Shown here one piece after another: positions 38,565 through 50,900 of a DNA stretch of 64,000 nucleotides. Made by a program: the position numbers and the translations under genes. Under the pieces are notes generated by a model. It made no database searches, was not told the DNA's origin, and saw only the letters and a list, made by a program, of their open reading frames with translations. The DNA lies in the NCBI GenBank assembly GCA_000934665.2, contig JYFJ02002195.1:1-64000 (forward strand), given 5' to 3'. Within the stretch, counting starts at the first letter, position 1. Each line of letters opens with the position of its first letter. Source of the DNA: Catajapyx aquilonaris (lineage: Eukaryota).

Positions 38565-40018
38565 ATGGCGGCCCCCATCGGCGCACATTTCCAGTTGAAG
38601 CTGATGCGTGCTTGTCCCGTGTTGTTGCAGCGATTTGTCCGGTCGTACTGCAAGGAGAGGCCGCCTCCGAGTGCGTCCGAGTTGCTGTCCGGTTCGGCCA
38701 CGTTCGAGCACATGCGCCCCGAGGCAGCCCCCGATGCGGAGTTCATGACCAGCCCTTACCCGGAAGGGTCGGGCCCTCCCAATTTCCAGGCGAAGCACAG
38801 GGTGGACAGGCCGGGTGTGGATCCGAAGGAGACGAGCGTGCTGCTTTTCCCAGGGCAGGGAACGCAGTACGTGGGCATGGGCGCCTCGCTGCTGGACATA
38901 CCTAGGGTCAAGGAGATGTACGGGGTCGCTAGTCAGATCCTGGGGTACGACCTGCTTGGGCTGTGTCTCAACGGACCTAAAGAGCAGCTGGACAGCACCG
39001 AGTATTGCCAGCCGGCCGTGGTGGTCACGTCCTTGGCTGCGGTTGAGAAGCTTAGGAGGGATGATCCCAAGGCCATCGAGAACTGTGTGGCCACCGCAGG
39101 GTTCAGCGTTGGGGAGCTGGCAGCGCTTTGCTTTGCTGGGGCCATATCATTTCCAGACGGTTCGCAATTATTATGTTAATAATGTCTTGCAGCATTTACG
39201 TCCTATCGGCATGGAAATGGCCCGGACACTGGGTTGGTTGACCATTGACAAGTGTTCGGGCCATTTTTGTGCCGACAGTACATTTGTATGCCAATTGTCT
39301 AACTTGTTGCCCTTTCCTCAGTGGTCAAGCTAGTGAAGGTGAGGGCAGAATCGATGCAGCATGCATCCGACATGGCTCAGAGTGGCATGATGGTGGTCCA
39401 CTACGGGCCTGAATCGGAACTAAACTACGCCTTCACTGTGGCCCGGAAATGGTGCCAGGAGCGGGGCATAGAGGATGCACAGTGCAAAGTGGCCAACTAC
39501 CTCTACCCGCACTGCAAAGTAATCGCAGGGCATGTTGAGGTAGATATGCCCCCAAATTGCTCAATTTGGCTGCACTTGCACTGGGAATATCATCATCAAT
39601 TAAGTTCGTACTTCCTTTGTAGGCTCTTGACTTCATCCAGAAGAATGCATCTGACTTCCATCTTCGTCGCCTGAAGCGGCTACCTGTTAGCGGCGCATTC
39701 CACACCTCGCTGATGGCACCTGCAGTGAGGCCATTTCGAGAGGCATTGAGTCAAATCCAGCTGGAGACACCCCTCATCCCTGTTCACTCCAACGTGGATG
39801 GGAAGAGGTACCAAGGTGCAGGGCACATACAGAGGCTGCTGCCAAAGCAGATTCGCTCACCAGTGCAATGGGAGCAGACTTTGCACATCTTGTACGAGAG
39901 GTGCAAAGGATCTGATTTCCCAAGGACGTTTGAATGTGGGCCTGGTTCATCCCTCAAGACAATACTGGACAAGGTGAACAGGAAGGCCTGCGAGTCTTAT
40001 CATGTAACTGAAGCATAA
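38565..40018 (+). CDS. MCAT: Mitochondrial malonyl-CoA:ACP transacylase; 3 exons, ~402 aa
   Basis: Exons 38565-39159, 39322-39539, 39623-40018 (1209 nt, GT-AG). Motifs LLFPGQGTQ, active-site GFSVGE, RAESM and LPVSGAFH; the Arg-rich N-terminus is consistent with a mitochondrial targeting peptide. Confidence 0.95.
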
Positions 40019-40060
40019 TCCTGGGGAATAATGTCCTCTCCTGTCCACACTAATTACTCA

Positions 40061-40066
40061 AATAAA
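40061..40066 (+). terminator. Putative MCAT polyadenylation signal
   Basis: AATAAA 43 nt after the stop codon. Confidence 0.6.
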
Positions 40067-40152
40067 TTTTTTTCACATTACTTTCAAATGTTTGCCTATT
40101 GACACCACCACAATGCAATTTGGGCTTAAAAAGACGATGTCACAATCAAAAC

Positions 40153-40158
40153 TTTATT
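40153..40158 (-). terminator. Putative distal NDRG polyadenylation signal
   Basis: TTTATT on + (AATAAA on -), followed on - by GT-rich ttttgattgtg. A proximal AATAAA lies at 41713-41718. Confidence 0.55.
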
Positions 40159-41954
40159 GCAACAATACTGCACAAAGTTGAGTCAAAATGCCAACAACGT
40201 ATGATTGCAAAATTCAAAAGAAAACACTTCTTTCTTTGCACACCTCTTCATCAGCATGCGGAAATTATGAGGGCAGTACAAAACTGGACACCCCATTTTG
40301 AAACCTACTGAAAAGACAGCGTTGCGTTAAACGGGAGGGTTTCCTCATGAACAAGCAACTACTATTTACAAGCACAAGAGATCACTCGTGGAGTGGAATC
40401 GATGTGGACATTTGGCAAATAAATACAAAGCTTTGGGCATTTTAAGGGACATCGATGTCTGGTAGAGGAAAATAAATAGTGTCCTCTTGAACGAAAAAAT
40501 TCTATATAAAAATGGTTCCTACATAAGTGGAGGCTAAAAACATACTGTACATATTCTGAAGGTGGTGACAACAGGGGGAAGGTCATTAGCACCAGGTTAG
40601 GTTGCAGGATATGTGACTGATCGATTCCATCTTATCGTGCATGGGGAGACAGGTGAGGGGGTGGGGGCACTAAACTTTTACATCTGTTTAACTATTACAG
40701 CAATTGTCGTTTGAAACGCAATTCTGGCACTAAATCACAATGTCACCGACTAGTTGATCACTACCTAAATCAATGTTCTTAAAAACCTAGACCATGATTG
40801 TGTCTACTAACTTTTTCCACTGCCAGTGTTGGCAGCTACAAAATCAAGGTTTAAGCCACTCATAAGAACTCATGTACAAACATAACGGGCACCAAGACAA
40901 CAGGATTACTTACTAAGGAAACCACATGTGGCATTTATATGCATTCAATCTGAATCAGTCTTGCAATGTAGAGCATGCTCTAAAGCTATCCTCCATAATA
41001 AGCATTTTAGTGAGTGTCCTACTTTCAGAAAAGGGGAAAAAAAAGTTTTCAAAATGCCTATTATGGTCTTCAGTTAGTGATCTACAAAAAGACTCGCTTA
41101 GGAATGAATGCAGCTCAATGACTAATGTGGTTCCATTCTCAGTCCTCCTTTTTATGAACATGTATGCACAAATAATGTTTCGTAATCAGTACAAAGTAAT
41201 CAGATGGATGTGACAAACACACCAACAAGCAGTGCCAATTTCAATGCTTTATGCTGTGTTTTCGTCATTTCCTTCCTCTTGAGGAAGTAATGTTATGCAC
41301 TCGGAAGCAGTTCTTTTTTTTACTGTAGTTTTACAGAGTGCAATGCAAGCAAGTAGTTTGCATTCTAAAATTTGCCAATTTGGGCTCAACAAGATAAGCA
41401 AGAAAATCCCTGCTGAAAATTTCTCGATATCCAGGACAAATTACATTTGTACACAAAAAGTCTTTGCTCTTGTAACAGAGTACACTCAATCATTCACAAA
41501 TTGATTGAAACAATCAAAGGAATTAGGGAAAAAAGGAAAGATATGGGAGAAAAAAATAAAACACACTCATGGAAAGACTTGAGGAAGTTTTCAACAGGGA
41601 TTACCCCTACAGATGCAACCCTCGTCTACACCAAGACCAACTAAGTTTTCCAACGGATGAAACCTTTTCCATCTCTACAAAATGTGCTGCTCCTTCTTGA
41701 GAACAATGCGCATTTATTAAGCCACCTTGGGGCCTCCAACTACTTCAAAATATAGTGCTGGCAAAAAACTATCCATTCTTTTTAATTTGACTCTTTCATA
41801 TCCGCACTTCTGAAAAAAGGCAGCATCATCTAAACCTGTGACTGGATATGGGAACAAGGTTGATTTTTCTTAGGTTGGGGGGGTGTGGGACTCGGGAGGA
41901 TGATAGGGATCATGGGTTAGGAACGGGGTGGGGAGAGGGAATGCTGCTGACTTC

Positions 41955-44900
41955 TTAGCAGATGGCAGTGTCGGTGAGGGGGTTCTCGGTGATGTTGATG
42001 TTGGTCTTGGCGGAGGCAATGGCCACAGAGCGAGTCTCCAGGGAAGCCAGGGAGCCCTTCCTGGACTCCGGGTAGGCCACGCTGAGGGGGACACCAGTCT
42101 CCGAGAATCGGCGAATCGCATTCATCTTGTTCATCGACAGGGTCGGGACTGCATAGCAGGAAGCAGGAAGGGAAAAAGACAAAAATAGCAACAGTTATTC
42201 CTCTAGGTATCTGTGATCCAAGCAGTAGTGACATGTTTAACTATGAGCAATGTGTCTTGGCAGCGAAAGCAGCAAACTGCAAGCAAAATCAAATCAAAAT
42301 TGCATGTTTGTTTTTAAACTGCAATGTAATATTGTCATGTGTCCTGCTTAATCAGGCTACTGATCAGTGAGTGGCAGTGTCATATTTACTGAAGAACCAA
42401 ATAGCCACGAATTGAGTTCAACATTCATTATGTCAAGCCACTCAACAAAATGCACTGACTCTCATATCAGCAGCCTGATTTCTGCAGGGTAAAAATGCAC
42501 AAATGGCATTGCAAATGTCAGACTAACAGCTGCTTTTTAAAATTGCGTGAGATTGAATGCCCAAACATGCTGTACTCACCAGTTATTTTTACAGATTAGC
42601 CAAAAGTTTTGCAAATAATGTCAATTCATCACTAAATCACTTTACTTTAAACTCCTTGCAATGATGCAAGGGTTCGACACTATTGCTCAGACATGCTAAC
42701 ACTAGGACTGACTAAACGTGAAAAGAAAATGGGTAAAAGCACAGCTAGAAAACGTGTAAAGGAAGGAAAAGACTGCCACCATGATCTAATTCACTACTAC
42801 AGATTGTAGTTACTTCCATACACGTGTCATCTGCTGTGTACGGTGCTTGGCAGAGAGAAACAGCTATGACTAAATCTACCGGAGCTAGAGTAGCAGACAC
42901 CACTCATCCAAAGCGTTAAAGTTTATGCACTTCACTCATCATTTCGTGTGTTTGACTTCCGTGTCCACGTTTTTCCCAAGCCAAGTCTAAGCAGTGAGAG
43001 TTAAGGCAGCACTCTGAACCTACCCAACCAACTTCTCTCTCATACGTACACACACACTTTACACATTCTTTTTGTGCACGCACGCCTCACCCCCAACCAA
43101 AGGAAAGAATAAGAAAACGCATTTTGTTACAGGAACAAAAGTGAGAATAATAAGTGTTCTCCCCCTCCCCCAACACACCAAGGCTGTAAATGAAGGCAAC
43201 ACTTACACACTGCAGAGTTTTGTGCCAAACAATCGCAGGCCTTTAGTATATTTTACCTTCTTGGGAGGGGGTCTTCCATAGTTTTAAAGCTTGAAAGAAA
43301 ATGGGAGACAATAAAAAAATAAAGAAAAGGTACAAGCCATCAATGACTTGGTGGTCATTACTTGTGTGTCTCCTGATGCAGTTTGCAATAACCAAATGGG
43401 TGTCTTCATGAATAAATAAAATGAGGGAGGAAGAATGAGTGTGACCATCAGGACTCATATTTCAACAACAACCATTTCCAATGTTCTGTGTGTTATTTAC
43501 ACCTTAACACACCAATTTAATCCTGGCCAGAGTGATCCCACGCAACAACGCAAGCTAAAGCCGTGCACAAAACAAACTAAATTAACGCTAGCAACTACCC
43601 AATTTCAGTTCAGTTAACTTATCGGCAGGCAGCATGAGTCCTGACCTCATCCCCTTCGCTCGTCATCTTTTATGAACATCACCATCATGCTCGTGAATAA
43701 TATAATTAAGGCAACTAACGTAAGGAAATAGGAAAACAATATTAAGTCCCTGGAGCTATGTGGAGTCAAGAAAATTAATCTCCGTACCGATGACTTGCTT
43801 GTTTTTTCACCTCAACACTCCCATTGCACCTCAGCTAATGTGTTTCAATCCAGGCAAGCAATTTCAATCAGCAAAAACTTGGACCAACTACTGTCAAACC
43901 AAGGTGGACTTTTGATCAGCTCACTTTTCATTCCTACAAGTTATTACATCTCTTGTCTATATTCATCTTGGGAGTCACTATCTGACTATCATAAGGGCTG
44001 TCTTTCTAGAACAGTGTCTATGCCTACTGACTCACTCTTGGTTTGGCAGCTCAGGTTCTATTTATCAGAAGGAAACGAGAGAGAAAGGGAAAAAAAAATT
44101 GAAGGAAAAAAGAAAGACAACAATGCATCATGGTGAATGTAATGTACCTGTGAATTCGTGAAGGCTGCAAAAGAAGGCACATTTCTTTTGGTTAATTTGG
44201 CAATCTGTCCTGTAACTGAATCCACCACAACCCAACCACTTCCCTTGTTAAAAACGGTATGTTTAAAAAAATCCCAATAACACCCGACATTACAAGTCTG
44301 GACGGATTAGGACACAAAATACTGTAACCCCAGAGAAGCGGGACAAAAATAAACACTTCTCAGAAAGACAACATTGTTAAAAACCAATAACTCAAATGGA
44401 GTCTATTTTAAAGGCGCTACTTACCATATCCAATTCCCTGGAGGAAGAGGCGGAAAGCCTCGCTCACTTTCCCAGGCTGCTCCTCAAGAACCATTCCACA
44501 GTCCTGAAGCTGAAATTAATAAAGATGGTGAAAACTGCCCATCCTAAATACTGAAATGTGCTTCAAGGAGCCTACTTACCATCCAAATCAATGTTTGAAT
44601 GGCAACATTGGAATTAACAGAATGCAAAATATCATGCAAATCACCTTCATCCAGGTGGAGTTGGAAGGATCAAGCCTCCCATTGAAGGTAACGGTGTCAT
44701 CCACATGCGGACTGAGGGCACCAGTGATATTCAGCACAGGGACATGCAGGGTATTGGCATCCTTCTTCTTGGTGGGATCCAGCTCGCGAACAATGCGCAG
44801 GTCTGAGCGGGTGATGTAGCTGCCAATCAGGAGGGCCAGGTTGGTTGGGTTCACCTGCTGCTCAAAGTACTGCTTGTACACCTGCACCAGGTCATGGTTG

Positions 44901-47900
44901 CGCTCTTCCCAGGCCTTTTTTGGTAAGATGGGGGGGAAAAATTATAAGAAACGCCCCCTTTTTAAACGATCACAATTCACCTGTTCATAATATGTTTCGC
45001 CAATCAATTTACAAATGCTTCAAATGAGTTTTCAAGTTTCCAACTCTCACAACAGATAAGATTATTATTGATATGGCCTTAAAACATCACCAGGATATTG
45101 ACAAATGCCCTATGACTCACATCTCAATGTGACCTGCCCAGGAGGATACTCCCCATTATTAGCAATTCTAAATGCAGAGTTGCAACATACCTTGCCAAAA
45201 TGGTGCCACATGAGGTAGTCCAGTGCACCCTGGGTCATTCCCTTGCTGCGGAGGTGGCGGGAATTCCACTTCTGGTAGCCCCACTCAATCCAGCTGGACT
45301 GGGTTGACACGCAGTTGACCAGGCACAGGGCATCGACCTGATTTCAAACAACACCATTATTTGCCGTTGTCCTGTAAATGCCTTGCTAATTATGTAGTAC
45401 ATACCATTTCTGGATTCTTGAGAGCAAAGCGAGAAAGGATGTTGGCACCTGCACCAATTCCAAATCCAACAATGTGCTGCAGCTTCAGGTGAGACAGCAC
45501 CTCCTCCATCTGATCAGCCAGCTCCTCCATTGTGGGATACACAAAGCTGAAATCAGAACAAAGTGATGCACAGTTAGCAAAACACAGTACAGCTAAGGTA
45601 AGCTACTTCTTACACATGTCAGCTTACCTGGTTATGAACCTTTCACCAGTACCCTATTTAATTCTTTCATTTTGGTTACGCAAGATGTGCAGAAAACCCA
45701 CATGTCCTTTGGTTTAATTCACTTCCACTAATGTCATTACTCAGAATTTAATAGCAAATCATCTAATCCAAGAGTAGTTGATATCAGTTACACTCATAGG
45801 GCGACATTCAGAAACAGTTCTCTAATCTGTGCTAGTCCCAGACTAGGGTGAACTAAGAAAACTGGTCTTCAGGATCATGTTCTAAGATATTCCTGGCTAG
45901 TTTCAGGCACAATGTAGCAACACTGCATGTGCCATAAGGAAAAATCAAACATGATATGAAATTTATGGTGCTAGGTCTCTGCAGCAATAATATACGATGT
46001 TGGTCAATAATTAGGTATCCAGCAGCATTTGACGATAAAATATCCATGTTGAGGCTGGGTTAAACACTGGTGTTTCACTAAAAAGCCCAGGGTTGTCATT
46101 ATTATTAGTTGTTCCCCACCAAGTAAAAAGAGTGGTAATCCTATGGCAATAGTGCAACCAACAGACAAGTCCTTGTGACACCTGTTGGCTACAGAAAGAG
46201 AGTTCATCTTACTGATATGAGGGCAGAATGCATAAGCTCAGAACAAGTTGTTGATCCCATGTATAAAGGATTAATTACTAGTTTTGGCTTTACCATTGTT
46301 TATGCAACGCAGCCTGAGTGACTTCATTAGTCCAGTCAAAATAATCCCCTCCCTTGTCTAACTTCATTAGTCCCTACTAGCATCAGATTAGGGAGCCAGT
46401 TCCACATCACGAATGATATTTTTAAGACCAGCCCATCCCTGCCAGAATAAAAGTTGGACCTTCTCATCTGTGCTTCCTGGTATTTCTGACCCTAGCAGTA
46501 CTCATACTTATGCACCTACCCCATACATTTCAAATACACATTTACCTCCTGGGAATATCGAAGGTCACAGTTACGTTAGGATACCAAGCATGAAATATTC
46601 TTAGCACAAGCACAATTTTCACTTATTCACCCCATTATTTCCCTTCAAAAGGCAGGTCTCTACCAAACCATAATGACTCCATGACCACCCATGCCTATGT
46701 GGTAGAGCCATGCTACTAGATGGGGCAGGAGGAGGATCCCAAGGTTGGAGCATGCACAGAAGTGGTTTGGGTGATCAGCCATAAAGGCCAGTCTCTCCTG
46801 ATCTATTAAAAGCGAAGTTGCCTTGTTTTACTCCCTCTTCCAACAAAAACCTACACCTAATGGCATCATTACCCTCTACTTCTCTAACACACCTAATATT
46901 GACCCCCTTTCATCTGGCTTCACTCAGGTGGGCATGGATGGCAGGTGCACATGTTAGTCCCACCCACCCACCCATCACCTCTCTCAACCCTTCCTAGTCA
47001 AACAAACCTCAAGGACTACAAGGCAGGTGGCACTAATGGCCATGGGAGATCGATCTAGCATAGTAACTCCCTGCCTTCGATTTATTTTTTTCCTACTTTG
47101 GAAACACTGACAGCAATTGCCAAACAGAGGCCCATCTCTCTTATGTAAATCTAGCCTCAGAACACTGTGACAAGTCTACCAACCTCTCGGGCAAGGTAGG
47201 AGCACCCTCCTCTTGACCTGGGGCATTGATGTGATACACGCAGAACTGGTAGAGGAGAATCCTCATGTCCACATAGTTGAAGAATGACTGGAAGTTTGAG
47301 TTGGCTGCAAAAAAAAAAGAGCAAATTGTTTCAAATTAATTGCAAGGAGAAGAGTAAAGTATGATAAGTTTTTGTTAAACTTTTTTGAAGTTGCATCTAA
47401 TTGTGACCCATGGCACCTTCCTATGAGATGAAAAATGGAATAATACACTTAAGTGGTAACTGCTTAGGACTAATTTGTGCATTAGAAGGTATGATCATAA
47501 ATTTTTCATGTAATTATTAGTCAATAGTGATCCTGTTTTGCCATATGGTCCACATTATAATTGATATAATCCACTTATTTGCATGAATTGTTAAAATATG
47601 CCAATCTCCCCCAAGAACCCTTCACATCAATCAGGACAATTTATTCATATGTTAAAACCTACAGTTGAGGCCGAGGTCATGGTAGGTGACAATGGCGGGC
47701 TTCTTCCTGTCGCCCTGAATTACGACCAGCACCGACCCGTGATTGGTCTCCACCCTCTCCTCTGTCTTGATCACCTCCTCATTGCTGTCCAGGGAGCGTA
47801 CTGAGGGATACTGCATCTGGATGTTCTTCAGCTCAATATCATCCATGCTTTCAGATGGGACGCACCTAAATCACATGGTAGGAAAGAAGGGGAGGGAAAA

Positions 47901-50900
47901 GGGAAAATCTTCTTACCATACGGCTTTATCTGCATGATCAACATCACTTCAAAATATGTTCCACACCATTTTCTCCAATTACCCATAAGCCTCCCCAATT
48001 CTAGTAACTTTTAACATGCAGCAGAAAGAAAAATAACTGTGTTTCATAATCACACAGTTTGTGTTTGCATTAGTCACTTCTCAGCAGGTGAAGCAAAGTT
48101 CACATATTTGCAAGTAAAATGAACCAAATTAGAACCTAGAACTTTCATGGTGCGAGTTACTAGATCGTGCAGTGCAGCCTTTATATACCAAGTAAGAAGC
48201 CCAAACAATACACTCCACAACTAGGTACCACAAAAGCCCAGCATAACAAACAGGAACAAAAATAGCATATATGTCAATATATTGGTTTTCAGTGTAATTT
48301 GGTACGCTACTGTTCTCATGCATGTGCAACCATCCAATCCATGTGCTAACATCAACTGATATTAATTTCTTCAGCCACATTTGAAGCTAAGAAACCAGGA
48401 ACTCCACACATATCACCAAAAAGTCTGAGGTTGTTTTTTTTTCCCCCTGCGCCATTGTATCCCAGCAGCACAACATATCAGGTGATAGGCATGCTTCAGG
48501 CAGCAGCCCCATACTCCCCATCTTTTGTGCTAATGAGCTCCATCCTTGGATTACCAATTAGAGGAGGCAGTTGCACCAGATATGCTAATAAGCACTGAAT
48601 GGCTTATTTGCATCATGACCCTTAGTCCTAGGTACAAGCACGAATTCATTATACCCAGCAGTTATTAACACTCTTTTGTCGTAGGACAATGCAAGCAGGG
48701 CAAGCTCTTCAATCACAAAACGCGCACTCTTGTGGCATACAAAAGAGGGTGCACTGTACTGGTGACTCTCACAAAAGCAGGTTGCTTTCACAGTCAAAGT
48801 GTGAAGCAGTCCCAAGCAGGATGTAACCACAGGTGCAACTCATAGTTTCCTTTTTGTGCTACCAATACCAAGCAATATGTGCTACTCTTGTAAAATAGAA
48901 AGCGATAGTCCATCTGTAACAATCAAACTCTGTTTCTGGGCCTGCAGGCAGTCCCAAATCCCAAGGCAAAGAGGATCGATCCTCGTGTCAAAATTCTTAA
49001 AGGTCCCCTTTACAGGAACCTCCATTCCTTAGCTGGAAAGACGATCGAAGTCAGTTGCACCATCCCTTACAAATTCCTCCCATTAGTCAGAGACAAGTTT
49101 GCGAAGAAAAAAAAAACAGGTAAGAAAAAAGCCAATTTCGCTAAAGTCCTCTTGGAAATCCAAGGCTGCTGCCGCCTCTCCAACTCCACAACTTCTGGCT
49201 CATTCAGATGTCGCAAGAAACCTGTCCACAGTCCAAAACGAGCTCGCTCTATTCCTCCACATGTCCACGAATTTGTCGCTATAATTTCCCATTCGAATGC
49301 CGTCAGCCCTAGACTCGAATACCAAGGGACCGTCTATGCCTCTGTCTATAAATGTTATTCCCGACACAACCCCGTGTTTCTTTTTTTTTCCCCTCCTTCT
49401 TTTGTAACCCCCTTTTCTTTTTTCCTCCCACAAGGTCGAGTTCGTGATCAAGAAGCTTTACTTTGATCTGCTGGCATATCGCCAAAGGTGAATCGATAGC
49501 CACACAAAAGCTCATCAAGTGTTTTGACGCCTATCAGGGGTCGATTTACATCCAAGTTAGATGGCTTGCAAATGCATTTCCGGATCGCTCTTGAAATCTT
49601 TACGCAACATGTACTGTAAGAGTGTAAGTACACAGCGCTGAATGATATATCACTTTTACTGCTCCCAGGACATGCCTTAAGGCCAATGATACGCGGTGGC
49701 GCCTAAAAGGCGCCCCGTCATTCAGATGACTAACAAATATATTTACAACCACGCATTTCGCCATACTTCCTCTGTTTTCAAGGTTAGTACCACATTTTAA
49801 TCAGCGCAAAGTACCTGGCAGGGGGCGACTAGCATCACAATACCCCGCGAATGCCGACACACAATTTCCTTCCCCCTTGTTTCAACGCCGCCAAAACCTG
49901 TCACCAAGCGCCTGTGCATCATCGCCCATTATTGGCTGGATCTGTTGCAGAATCTGGCCAATATGGTCGATACATGGCAAGGCTCCCGGCATGAATTAGC
50001 ATCAAAATTGAAAGTCACGAGGGCAAGAAATGTGCAGCGCACTTCCGTATCGGATACACAACAATACTCCTTTTACAAACTTATTCCTCCGAAGTTAGGT
50101 ACATATCCCGCATCTCTTCGCCGCCGTGAATCGATATCTCCCAGCAATGTTGGGGAATGATTCTTGCAACCGCCCACGCCTTCATCCGGTTGAGGATCCG
50201 TCATTCTGGCCGGAACATTGCTCAATTAGGGCGCCCCTTGTCACAACTTCTGAGACCCATTTTCCTTCGAGTCAACATGGAAGGGACCCCATACCAATCA
50301 TCGATTCCTGGCACGGATTTTCCGAGAGAAGCTGCTGGCAAACAAGGCCATACAACCCTTCTAATCCTCCTCAATACATCGTCCACAATCCCAACACGTG
50401 GTGCGAATATTGATGTCACCCAATGTTTACAGATAAATTTATTAGTGGTTGGTTTATTTTTACTGGGATAAATTTGCCAACATATTTTTGTTCCCGACAC
50501 GTTGATCGATTCGCGACCAAAATCAGTGCCAGACTTTTTCCTGGAAGCCCGCACAATGCTCTGGTCACCTCGTACACGCAGGTTGGGTACTGCTCCCCCC
50601 AAATTAACGACGTCTAATAATAATAACTGTCGGCACGAAAGAGTTCACTTCGCCTTCTCTGCAGAAAACCCCAGGAAAATCAATGGCGCGCGCAGGGCCC
50701 TGACATTTCGCCGCCAACCCTATTTTTTCCCCCCTTCCTCGGAACCCCCTATACTTTTTCAACATCCATATACGTGAACCCTAGTCCCCACACACAAAAA
50801 AAAAATCGACTGACATATTTTTTTTCGCATGTATGCCAATGACACGGGATCGACCTGTCTGCGTGCCCTTCGCGTTGGCCCAATTTTCCAAACAGTGTCC

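Noticed and set aside
40660..40770. A mir-219 gene on the + strand
   Set aside because: The match has a 4-nt insertion and 5' mismatches, and no pre-miRNA-length stem is visible; better read as a target site on the - strand.
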